This document shows, piece after piece, positions 15,851-25,500 of a stretch of 27,962 nucleotides of DNA. The number at the start of each line of letters is the position of its first letter. Position 1 is the stretch's first letter. Below the pieces are notes generated by a model that worked only from the letters and a program-made list of their open reading frames with translations, ran no database searches and had not been told where the DNA came from. The stretch is from a virus (taxonomy: Duplodnaviria > Caudoviricetes), in IMG/VR virus record IMGVR_UViG_3300038393_000379, positions 1 to 27,962 of that record, one strand, 5' to 3'. Made by a program: the position numbers and the translations under genes.

Positions 15851-17032
15851 GTGAAGTTCCTGCAGCCCAGTCTGTCCGGCGGCGAGATGGCGCCGGGCCT
15901 GCGCGGCCGCGTCGACGTCGCCCGCTATGCGATCTCGCTGGCGCAGTGCCGCAACTTCATCACCCGCCCGACCGGCGGCGCGATCAAGCGCCCTGGCCTG
16001 CGCTTCAACGGCGAAGTTAAGGACAGCGCCAACCCGCCGCGCATCCTGCCGTTCGTCTACTCGACCGAGATCAAGTATCTGCTCGAGTTCGGCGTCGGCT
16101 ACGTCCGCTTCTGGGTGCCTGCCACGCCGTACGGCTACAGCCTGCTCAAGAGTGGCGGTGTGCCCGTCGAGGTGGTCACCCCGTACACGGCCGCCGACCT
16201 GCCGAATCTGCGCATCACCCAGTCGGCCGACGTGCTCTACATCGCGGGCGTGAACGGCGCAACGAAGATCCCGCCGAAGGAACTGCGCCGCACCTCGCCC
16301 ACCAGCTTCACCCTCACCGACTTTGCGTTCCGCCGCGGTCCGTTCCGCGCGATGAACGGCGACGAGTCGGTGAAGATGGCTGTCACGTCGGTGACCGGCA
16401 AGACGACGATCACCTGCAACGCGCCGGTGTTCACCGCGAACATGGTCGGCGGGCTCCTCTACTTCGAGGAGAAGGAGCTGCGCGCGGTCAAGCCGTGGAC
16501 GCCGCTCGAGAAGAACATCGGCGTCGGGACGCTGCGCCGCTCAGACGGCAAGGTCTACCGCTGCGCCAGCGTGCCGAGTGTCACCAGCCCCGCCTACTAC
16601 ATTTGCGGCAACGACCGCCCGATTCACGAGGTCGGCCGGGCCTTCGATGGCCCGCAGGACGTGCGCAACGACGGCGTCAACAACTACACCGTCGGCGTCG
16701 AATGGGAATACCTGCACGGCAGCTTCGGCATCGCCAAGATCACCGGCTACACGTCCGCCTATGCCGTCACCGGCGTGGTGGTCGAGCGCATCGCCAATTC
16801 GATCATCGGCACCGCGCCCGCGCCGGGCGGATCGTGGACGTTCAACGGCGATGGCAGCACCGTGACGTTCAGCCTGACCAGCCCGAACAACACCAGCCCG
16901 TCGGTCTACGACTACGCCGTCACCATCGGCGGCACGCCGGTGCGGTCAAACCCGTATTCGGAGCCCACCTCGGGCGTCGGCGGTCGCGGCGGTGGCACGA
17001 ATACCGGCCCGCTGGGGAGTGACGTGCCATGA
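15851..17032 (+). CDS. Tail nozzle (tubular protein B-like), N-terminal part
   Basis: QPSLSGGEMAP.L.GRVD..RY, NF...GG...RPG, R.LPF.YS, LEFG..YVRF, TQSADVL. Confidence 0.85.
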   Translation: MKFLQPSLSGGEMAPGLRGRVDVARYAISLAQCRNFITRPTGGAIKRPGLRFNGEVKDSANPPRILPFVYSTEIKYLLEFGVGYVRFWVPATPYGYSLLKSGGVPVEVVTPYTAADLPNLRITQSADVLYIAGVNGATKIPPKELRRTSPTSFTLTDFAFRRGPFRAMNGDESVKMAVTSVTGKTTITCNAPVFTANMVGGLLYFEEKELRAVKPWTPLEKNIGVGTLRRSDGKVYRCASVPSVTSPAYYICGNDRPIHEVGRAFDGPQDVRNDGVNNYTVGVEWEYLHGSFGIAKITGYTSAYAVTGVVVERIANSIIGTAPAPGGSWTFNGDGSTVTFSLTSPNNTSPSVYDYAVTIGGTPVRSNPYSEPTSGVGGRGGGTNTGPLGSDVP

Positions 17033-18720
17033 GTCAGGGCTGGTCGATCGACAACGTCGCGCACACGATCACGTTCCTGGAAGCGCCGGCCGTGGGCACC
17101 GGCAACGTGGTGGTCAAGGAATACGCCGCCAGCGCGTTCGGCGGCACGGACTGCTGGGCCATCGGGGCCTGGAATGCGGAGTACGGCTGGCCGACCGAGG
17201 TGGAATTCTTCTCCGATCGCCTGTTCTGGGCGGGTAGCGCCAAGGATCTGCAGACGATCTGGGGCTCGAACGTCGGCGACTACACGAACTTTGGCAAGTC
17301 GACGCCGATCATCGACTCGGACGCACTCACCTTCGCGATCAACACGCGACAGGTGAACGCGGTGATGGACCTGGTCCCGCTCGACAAGCTCATCGTGCTG
17401 GCCAAGGGCGGCGAGTTCCTAATGACCGGCGGGCAAGACGAGGTCGTCACCCCGTCGACCATCGGCATCAAGCCGCAGTCCTATCGCGGCACCGGTGGGC
17501 TGCAGGCGAAGGTCGTCGGCGACACGGCGATTTTCGTGCAGGAACAGGGCCAGCGGGTTTTCGACATCGGCTACAAATTCGAGCAGGACGGCTATCGCCC
17601 GCAGGACATTTCGGTGTGGGCCGAGCACCTGGTCGAAGGGCACATGCTGGTGCGCATGGAGTGGATGCCGGCGCCGTGGTCGCTGCTGCATTTCGTGCGC
17701 GACGACGGCGTGCTGCTCGGCTGCACGTACATGCCCGAGCAGGAGGTGATCGGCTGGCACCAGCACGACACGGCGGGCGAGATCCTCGACGTCGTCTGCC
17801 TGCCGGGCGACAAGCAAACCGAAACGCACCTGCTGGTGCGCCGCACCATCAACGGCGTGTCGAAGGTCTACCTCGAGCAGTACGCCGACAGCTTCGTCGA
17901 GGACATCCGGGACTGGTGCTACGTCGATGCGGCGCTGACCTACGACGGACGCAACACCGGCGCGACCACCATCACCCTGAGTGGCACGGGCTGGACCGAG
18001 GACGACACCCTGACCCTGACCGCCTCGGCGCCGCTGTTCGTGGGCAGCAGCGATGTCGGCGACGGGTTCGAGCTTGCCCGCACCGTGACGGAGACCGATC
18101 CCACGACGGGCGTCGACACCGACGTGACCCACAAGGTGCGCGTCATCATCACCGGCTACGTCTCGGCGACGGTCGTGCAGGTCTCGTCGATCGGCGCGGT
18201 GCCGGCGGCGCTGCAAGGCGTGGCACTCACCGACTGGGTGCTGCAGCGCTCGACCATGTCGGGGCTCGACCACCTGGAAGGCGAGGAGGTCTCGATCCTG
18301 GCCGACGGCTCGGTGCATCCGACGCGCGTGGTGACCGGCGGCGCGATCACCCTGCAGTCGCCAGGCGGCGTCGTGCAAATCGGCCTGCCGTACCGCGCGT
18401 TGCTGGAAACGCTCGAGGTCAACGCGGCCGGCGGCGAGCCCATGCGCGGCAACAAGAAGTTGATCCAGTCCGTCGGACTGCTGGTCAAGGACGCGCGCGG
18501 CCTCAAGGCTGGTACGCGCCTGGACATGCTCGACGACCTGCCGCAGCGCGAGTTCGAGGCCTACGGCGATCCGACACTGCCGCTGACCGGCTACGCGCGC
18601 ATTCCGGTGTCGGCCGAGTGGGGCGAGAACAACGGCCACATTTTCCTGGTCTCCGACGACCCGCTGCCGGCCGAGATCCTGTCGCTGCTCCCGCGCCTGA
18701 TGAGTTCCGACGCCGGATGA
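17029..18720 (+). CDS. Tail nozzle (tubular protein B-like), C-terminal part
   Basis: GWP..V.FFSDRL, WGS..GDY.NF, QEVIGWHQH, GLDHLEGEEV.ILADG, IGLPY, DPLP..IL; ATGA overlap with GGGGAG RBS. Confidence 0.85.
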   Translation: MSQGWSIDNVAHTITFLEAPAVGTGNVVVKEYAASAFGGTDCWAIGAWNAEYGWPTEVEFFSDRLFWAGSAKDLQTIWGSNVGDYTNFGKSTPIIDSDALTFAINTRQVNAVMDLVPLDKLIVLAKGGEFLMTGGQDEVVTPSTIGIKPQSYRGTGGLQAKVVGDTAIFVQEQGQRVFDIGYKFEQDGYRPQDISVWAEHLVEGHMLVRMEWMPAPWSLLHFVRDDGVLLGCTYMPEQEVIGWHQHDTAGEILDVVCLPGDKQTETHLLVRRTINGVSKVYLEQYADSFVEDIRDWCYVDAALTYDGRNTGATTITLSGTGWTEDDTLTLTASAPLFVGSSDVGDGFELARTVTETDPTTGVDTDVTHKVRVIITGYVSATVVQVSSIGAVPAALQGVALTDWVLQRSTMSGLDHLEGEEVSILADGSVHPTRVVTGGAITLQSPGGVVQIGLPYRALLETLEVNAAGGEPMRGNKKLIQSVGLLVKDARGLKAGTRLDMLDDLPQREFEAYGDPTLPLTGYARIPVSAEWGENNGHIFLVSDDPLPAEILSLLPRLMSSDAG

Positions 18721-19187
18721 GGCGCGCCTGGCTGGTCCCGGCCGCGGCCGAGCACGTCGCGCCGATTGCGGCGCATGCGCGGCAGGCAGACATCGACGAG
18801 CTCTGGGCGCAGGCGCACGCGACGCCAGCCGAGTGCATGACGCACGGGATCGAAGCCTCGGTGCGCGCTTACACAGCGATGCTGGATGACGTGCCGGTGT
18901 GCATGTTCGGCGTGGTGGCGGCCGAGGCGATGGGCGAGGGCGCGCCGTGGATGGTCGGCACGACCGCGCTCGACAGCCTGCGCGCGCAGAAGGACGTGCT
19001 GCGGATTTCGCGCGCGGCCATCGCCGAGTTTCAGGCCCTGTTCCCGAATCTCTACAACCTCGTCGACGACCGCAACGCTGCTGCTAAGCGCTGGCTGCAG
19101 TGGCTCGGCTTCACCGTGCTGCCGGCGAAACCACTCGGCATGGACGGGGAAATGTTCTGTCCTTTTTACCAGCAAGGTGCCGCATGA
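18717..19187 (+). CDS. GNAT-fold protein (T7 gp13-like position)
   Basis: RQADIDE, P.CMFG, LYNLVDDRNAAAKRWLQWLGF. Confidence 0.8.
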   Translation: MRRAWLVPAAAEHVAPIAAHARQADIDELWAQAHATPAECMTHGIEASVRAYTAMLDDVPVCMFGVVAAEAMGEGAPWMVGTTALDSLRAQKDVLRISRAAIAEFQALFPNLYNLVDDRNAAAKRWLQWLGFTVLPAKPLGMDGEMFCPFYQQGAA

Positions 19188-19726
19188 CCCTCGCGCTCTC
19201 CCTGTCCTGGTCCGCGCGCCCGTTCGCGCAGGCCGATGGCTTCGTGCCGCTACCGATCGGCCGGCCGTCCGCGCCGCCGCTGGCGCCGTCGCTGGCGCAG
19301 ATCAAGCAGCTGCAGGACCGGCTCGTCGCCACGGGCGCCGGCGTCGACCTGTCGGAGAGGTTGCGCCACCACTTCGCGCCGGGGATGTACGGCCGCGAGC
19401 TTGCGATCCCGGGCGGCATGGTCGTGGTCGGCAAGGTGCATCGGCACCAGCATTTCACCCTGCTGCTGTCGGGCGAGGCGACGATCAACACCGACCGCGG
19501 CATGGAGCGCATCACTGGCCCGCACGTCTGGGTGTCGCAGCCGGGGGCGAAGCGCGCACTGATGACGCACACCGATTGCGTGTTTTTCACCGTCCACCTG
19601 AACCCCGACGACACGAATGACCTCGCATTGATCGAGGAACGCACGATCGTGCCCGAGGACGCCATCGCCTACGAACCGGCGCAGCTGGCCGAGTTCGCCG
19701 ACGACCTGCAGGAGGTATACGCATGA
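19184..19726 (+). CDS. Cupin-like phage protein
   Basis: HHFAPGMYGREL.IP.G...VGKVHRHQH....SG...PG.KR...H. Confidence 0.8.
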   Translation: MTLALSLSWSARPFAQADGFVPLPIGRPSAPPLAPSLAQIKQLQDRLVATGAGVDLSERLRHHFAPGMYGRELAIPGGMVVVGKVHRHQHFTLLLSGEATINTDRGMERITGPHVWVSQPGAKRALMTHTDCVFFTVHLNPDDTNDLALIEERTIVPEDAIAYEPAQLAEFADDLQEVYA

Positions 19727-20226
19727 CGTGGGTCTATGTGGGCGTCGCTGTCGTCACGCTGGTCGTGGGTGCGGCCGAAGCCAAGCAGCAGCGCGAAGCG
19801 GGCCGCGCGAACCAGCAGATCGCCGAGAACAACGCCCGCCTCGACGAGGTGCAGGCGCAGGACGAAGCGAACAAGGGCGCGCGCGAGTCGCAGCAATCGG
19901 CCTGGCGCACCCGCGCCTTGATCGGCCAGCAGCGCGCGGACATCGCCGCGGCAAATCTCGATTCGGACCTCGGCACGCCGTTTGACATCCAGACCGATGC
20001 CGCGCTGTTCGGCGGCGCCGACAAGTCGGCCATCCAGATGGATGCGGCGCGCAAGGCGTGGGGATTCCAGTCCTCGGCGCTCAACAACCGCAACCAGGGC
20101 GCGCTCGCCAACTGGCAGGGCCAGTCGTCGTCGAAGATCACGATTCTGCGCTCGTTCGGCAGTGCCATGAGCAGCGCGGCCGGCGCCAAGGGCAGCAGTT
20201 CCACCACCAACACGCAGTGGTACTGA
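19723..20226 (+). CDS. Small internal virion (ejection) protein, T7 gp14-like
   Basis: Hydrophobic N-terminus, Ala/Gln-rich helix, G.QRA..AA..D...GTP motif; first of three core genes. Confidence 0.8.
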   Translation: MTWVYVGVAVVTLVVGAAEAKQQREAGRANQQIAENNARLDEVQAQDEANKGARESQQSAWRTRALIGQQRADIAAANLDSDLGTPFDIQTDAALFGGADKSAIQMDAARKAWGFQSSALNNRNQGALANWQGQSSSKITILRSFGSAMSSAAGAKGSSSTTNTQWY

Positions 20227-20230
20227 CCCC

Positions 20231-22507
20231 ATGGCGATCATTCCCCGCGCCAATCCTGCCGACGTCACGCAGATTTCATCCCTGCCCGGCGTGCGCAACA
20301 CGTCCGAGGTGCGCCCGGTGTCGGGCATGGCGGACGCGATCACCGGCGTCGCCGGACAGGCGCTGCGGATCCATGAGGACGCGGTCGCCCGCAATGACGC
20401 GACGGCGGTCATGGCTGCGCGCCGGCAGCTGTCGGACTGGGAAGCGCACACCTTCGACCCGTCCAACCCGGACGGCATCACGAAGTACCAGGGCGGCAAC
20501 GCGCTGGGCGCCAGCGACGCGCTCATGCCGGACCTGGACAAGACCGTCGCCGGCATCAGCGACAGGCTGACGCCGCGGCAGCGCCGCGCATTCGATGCGG
20601 TCGCGTTCAACTTCCGCGACTCGGTGCAGGGCCGGCTCACCGCACACATGACGCGCGAGCACGAGACGTTCTTGCAGCAGCAGGATGAGGCGACCCAGAC
20701 CAGCCTGCTCAACGACGCGGTGAGCGTCAGCCTCGGCGGCGACTACGCGACCGGCCGGCAACGACTCGACGAGGGCGTCTCGGCGATCGCGCTGTCGATG
20801 GGGCACCGCGGCGCGCCGGCGCAGGCGATTGCGCAGGCGCAGCAGAAATACGTCTCCGGCTACCACGCGGCGATGCTCGACTCGATGCTTTCGAGCGACC
20901 CGTCGCAGGCGCAGGCCTATTTCGGCGACCACGAGAAGGAAATGACGGTCGACGACAGGCTGCGCGTCGAGCGCGTGCTGCGCCCGGTGGCGACGGAGGC
21001 GAACGCGCGCAACCTGGTCGACAGCTGGGTCAAGGGCGGCGCCACGCCGGCCGCCGGCCAGCCCGTCGAGGGCGCGGCGCGCACCCCGGCCGAGGTCGAA
21101 GCGGTGGCGCGCGCGTCGGTCGAGCGCACGGTCGGGCTGGAATCCGGCGGCAAGGCCGACGCCAAGAACCCGGCCTCGAGCGCGACCGGCAGCGCGCAGT
21201 TCGTCGACGGCACCTGGCTGGACGTGATGACCCGCTATCGGCCCGACCTGACCGCGGGCAAGTCGCGCGCGCAGGTGCTGGCGCTGCGCAACGATCCGGC
21301 GCTGTCGAAGGAAATGGCGACCGCCTACGCGATCGAGAACTGCAAGGGCCTGTATGAATCCGGCCTGCCGGTGACGCCCGAAACGGCCTACCTGTGCCAC
21401 CACTTCGGCCTGGCCGGAGCGCGCAACCTGCTGCGCGCGGACCCGAATACACCGGTGCGCGACGTGCTCGACCCGCAAGCGTATGCCGCGAACGGCTACC
21501 TGCAGGGCAAGACGGTGGCCGACCTGCTGCACATCCATGCCGGCCGCGCCGGCGATGCGCCGGGGCCGGTCGCGCCCGGTCCGAGGGCCCTGACGCCCGA
21601 GGGAAAACCCGACTTCGCCGCGCTCGCCGCGCGCGCCCAGGCGCTGCCGAACCCGCTGCTGCGTGATGCCGCGCTGCGCGAGATCAGCCAGCGCGAGACG
21701 TTGCAGAATCGCGCCGAGCAGGACTATCGCGAGTCGATGGTCACCGCGCTCAACCAGGCGGTCGAGACGGTTCCGCCGGGCACGCCGTACGAGAAGGCGT
21801 TCACGCCCGACCAGCTGGCTTACGCGCGCGATCACGGCCTCGTCGACAACCTTCAGGCCCGGCTCAAGGCGCGCGCCGCCGGCACGCTGGTGCAGTCCGA
21901 CCCGGTGCTGCTCGATGCCTACCTGCGCGAGTCGGTGACCGACCCGCGGACGTTCGCCACGCGCAAGGCCGAGATCCTCGCGCACGCCGACAAGCTGGCC
22001 ACCGCCGACCTCCACGAGCTCGTCGCGCGCATCGACACGCTCAACGACCCGAAGAAGCAGGGCGAGGCCGCCGATTGGTCGACCGAAGCGCAGCGGCTCA
22101 ACGGCGGCCTGCGCATGCTCGGCATCGACCCCGCCTCGAAGGCGGCGGCCGACAAGGAAAAGGCCGCCGGCTTCGGCATGGCCTACCGGCAGGCGAAGCG
22201 CGCGCTCATCGAGACCTTGGGCGGCAAGAAGCCGACGCCGGAGCAGGAGGAGACCCTCATGCGCAACGTGACGCGCAACTGGGCCGCCGACATCGCCGCC
22301 GGGCGCAAGCCGTGGATCGGTGCCAAGGCGCAGGAGAACCTCGCCGCCGGTGCGCCGATGACCGACAACGCCGGCAACCCGGTGCAGCTGACCGCGCAGG
22401 ACCGCGTCACCGTCGCGGCGGTGCTGCGCCGGCGCTTGGGGCGGGAGCCGACCGAGGCGCAGATCCTCGCTGCGGCAGGTAGCTATCTGGCCGGAGGTGG
22501 CCGTTGA
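20231..22507 (+). CDS. Internal virion protein with a lytic transglycosylase domain (758 aa)
   Basis: Helical protein with central LESGG...AKNPASSATGSAQFVDGTW...YLCHHFG (lysozyme/SLT-like motifs). Confidence 0.85.
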   Translation: MAIIPRANPADVTQISSLPGVRNTSEVRPVSGMADAITGVAGQALRIHEDAVARNDATAVMAARRQLSDWEAHTFDPSNPDGITKYQGGNALGASDALMPDLDKTVAGISDRLTPRQRRAFDAVAFNFRDSVQGRLTAHMTREHETFLQQQDEATQTSLLNDAVSVSLGGDYATGRQRLDEGVSAIALSMGHRGAPAQAIAQAQQKYVSGYHAAMLDSMLSSDPSQAQAYFGDHEKEMTVDDRLRVERVLRPVATEANARNLVDSWVKGGATPAAGQPVEGAARTPAEVEAVARASVERTVGLESGGKADAKNPASSATGSAQFVDGTWLDVMTRYRPDLTAGKSRAQVLALRNDPALSKEMATAYAIENCKGLYESGLPVTPETAYLCHHFGLAGARNLLRADPNTPVRDVLDPQAYAANGYLQGKTVADLLHIHAGRAGDAPGPVAPGPRALTPEGKPDFAALAARAQALPNPLLRDAALREISQRETLQNRAEQDYRESMVTALNQAVETVPPGTPYEKAFTPDQLAYARDHGLVDNLQARLKARAAGTLVQSDPVLLDAYLRESVTDPRTFATRKAEILAHADKLATADLHELVARIDTLNDPKKQGEAADWSTEAQRLNGGLRMLGIDPASKAAADKEKAAGFGMAYRQAKRALIETLGGKKPTPEQEETLMRNVTRNWAADIAAGRKPWIGAKAQENLAAGAPMTDNAGNPVQLTAQDRVTVAAVLRRRLGREPTEAQILAAAGSYLAGGGR

Positions 22508-25500
22508 TCGACCCGAGCAAGCTGTCCGCGTTCCTCGACGAGCAGGACACCGAGCGCGCGCGTGCGGCGGCCGTCGCCGCGCCCCCGGTCGCCCCGGCGC
22601 AGATGGGCCGCGCGCTGACGCTGTCGCAGCAGACCGGCGCGCCGGCACTCGCTGTCGCCGATGCGCTGCCCGACTTCGAGGCGCAGGCGCACCGCGATGC
22701 GGTGGCGCAGGCCGCCACCGACAGCCCGGCGTTCGCGCGCTGGCATCAGGCGCCGGAGCACGCGGCGCTCGCGCAGGGCGAGGCGAGCAAGCTCGGTCTG
22801 CTGGCGAGCACGCTCGAAGCCTTCAACAGCCTGCGCGGCGGCTACGTGCGCCCGATCGCCGACGCCATCGGGCGCGGCTTGGCGCGTGCCCGCCTCGGCA
22901 CCGCATTCCAGCAGTCCGATGCGTCGATGCTGGCGTCGACGGCGCAGGTGGCCAGCGATTACCTCGACCAGCCGCGGCAGGCGCTGGCAGGGGTGCTGCA
23001 CCCGCTCGGCATCGACTACGGCGACCCGCTCTATACGCAGCGCGCCGCGGACGCGACCGCCTTCGCTGCGCACGAGGCGAGCGCGGACCTGCAGCAGACG
23101 ATGCAGGCCGTCGGCGCACGCCCGACCGCGCGCGACGTGTTGCACAACCCGTTCACCGCGCTCGAGCAGGGCGTTGCCTACTACGGCACCCGGCAGGCCG
23201 CGTCGGCGCCGGCGCTGGCGTTCCTGCTCGGTACGCGCGACCCGCACGCGGCCGCGCTGTTGATGGGCGTTCCGACGGGTGCGCAGACCTATTCGGACCT
23301 GCGCGGGCAGGGCGTCAGCATGCCCGTCGCGACCGTGGCGGGGCTCGGCACCGGCGCAGCGGAAGTGCTGGGCGAGGAGGTCGGTCTCGAGGGTCTGCTC
23401 AAGCGCCCCCTGACCAACGCCGTGACCCGCGGCATCGCGGTGGAAGCGGGGCAGGAAGGCGTCACCCAGGCGATGCAGGATGAGATCGAGGCGCAGGCCT
23501 CGGGCAAGCCGCTGACGCTGGGCGAGCGGATCGGCAACGTGTTTGACGCGATGGCGCTGGGCGGCGGCACCGGCGCCACCATCACCGGCGCGCGTGCGCT
23601 GCTCACGCGCGAAGCGGCGCCCACGGTCGATGGCCTGGCCAATCTGGCCGGCGCTGCGGAGGGCAGCCGGCGCATCGCAGACGTCGTGCAGCAGGTGGCC
23701 GACCTCGGTCTCGGCAAGCACAGCCCTGAGGCGCTGCGCGCGCTCGCGCAGGAGGCGGCCAGCGATGCGCCGGTGTACCTCGCCGCCGACCAGGCGCGCG
23801 CGTTGTTCCAGTCCGAACGGGCGAGCGCGGATGCTTTCGTCGGCGACCTGACCGGCGATCACAACGCGCTACGCGAGGCCGAGGCCAGCGGCGGCGACCT
23901 GGTCATCCCGCTTTCGACCTTCGTCGCCAAGGTGGCCACGCTGCCGAACGCCGCGGAGATCGCCAAGCACACCCGTCTGTCCGCCGACCACCTCTCGCGC
24001 GCCGAACTCGAGAACGAGGCCGCGCTGAACGAGCGCCTCGCCAGCCTGTTCGGCGATACCGCCGACGCCGCCGGGCGCGCGCAGCCGGAAACTGCCCAGG
24101 CCGACACCAGCGACAAGGTGACGCAGGACGTGCTCGGCATGCTGCTCGCGACCGACCGCTACAAGCCGGCCGACGCCGAGCTGCAGGCGAAGCTGGTCGG
24201 TCGGGTGTTCGGCCGCATGGCCGAGCGGACCGGGCAGGATGCGTTCGACCTGTATTCGCGCTACCAGCTGCGCATCAACGGGCAGGGCGGCCGGCAGGGC
24301 CGACCGAACACGCTCGACCCGCGCACCGATGCCGTGCTCACTGCGGCGCGCACCGGCGCCATCCCCGAGGGGCGTGACCTGTTCGGCACCTCGCTAGTGC
24401 AGGCGCTGGTCGCGCAGGGTGGCGTGCAGGACGAAGGCGGCGACCTGCGCAGCTTCGACGCGCTCAAGTCGCGCCCCGGCCTCATCAACAAAAACGGCAT
24501 GCCGCTGGATGCGGCGCGCGAATGGGCGGTTGAGGCCGGCTATCTGCGCGACCACGGCGCCGAGCAGGGCGGCGTCACCACCTCCGACATCAACGACCTG
24601 CTCGACGCGATCGACAGCGAGCTCCGCGGCAATCCGGTGTTCTCCGAGCAAAACGCGGACCCGAAGGCGCAGGCGTTCGCGAACGAAGCGCGCGACCTGC
24701 AACGGGCGATCGACGAACACCCGGCGCTGCGCGACATGTCGGCGAGCGAGTTTCAGGCGCTGTCGAACCAGGAGCTGCACGACCTGCTGTTCGCGCCCGA
24801 GGACACGGCCGAGCCGTCGCTGCTGCAGAAGGCGTTCGGCAAGGTCAAGGCACTGTTCCAACCGGCGTTTCATGGCTCGCCTCACCACTTCGACCGCTTC
24901 TCGCTGCAGCACATTGGCACGGGCGAAGGTGCTCAGGTCTACGGCTGGGGCATGTATTTCGCCAGCCGGCGCGATGTCGCTGAGTATTACCGCGAAGGCT
25001 TGTCGGCGCAGTACCGCACCGGCGAAGAAATGCAGTGGAACGGCAAGACGGCCGAGCAACACTATGAGGCTGCGGAACGTCGCTCGGACTACGGGAAAAT
25101 GCTGGTTTTGGAGCGCATCATGCTCCACCAGCCTAAGCGGGTGATCGAACAGTATTTTGCGGAGGATGCTGACGAAAATCAGCAGTCGCGCGATGCGCTC
25201 GCCTACTTGAAGTCGCTCCCGAAGGAGGCATTCGCGTCGACGGGCGGACAGCTGTACCAGGTCGATGTGCCCGAGGATTCGGATCTCCTCGATTGGGACA
25301 AGCCGCTCGCCGAGCAGCCGGAGAAGGTGAAAGACGCGCTTGATCGCGCCGGCATCTACCCGAACTGGCGAAAGCAGGAGGCTCTGCAACGTCGCATCGA
25401 CGCAGCCGATACGGAGGAGGGCACGGAGGAATGGCGTCGCCTCTCGGATGAAATGGCGAAGCTGCGCGGCGAGCATGGTCGCGGCCCTGCTGCGACCGGA

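Noticed and set aside
15851-18720. Nozzle pseudogene caused by a frameshift
   Set aside because: The junction has a clean ATGA overlap and a GGGGAG RBS, and neighbouring genes are intact, favouring a functional split.
22497-23483. Track ORF 22497..23483 as the gene after the transglycosylase protein
   Set aside because: Wrong frame: an Arg-rich shadow translation. The frame starting at TTG 22504 has an RBS, normal codon usage and recognisable domains.
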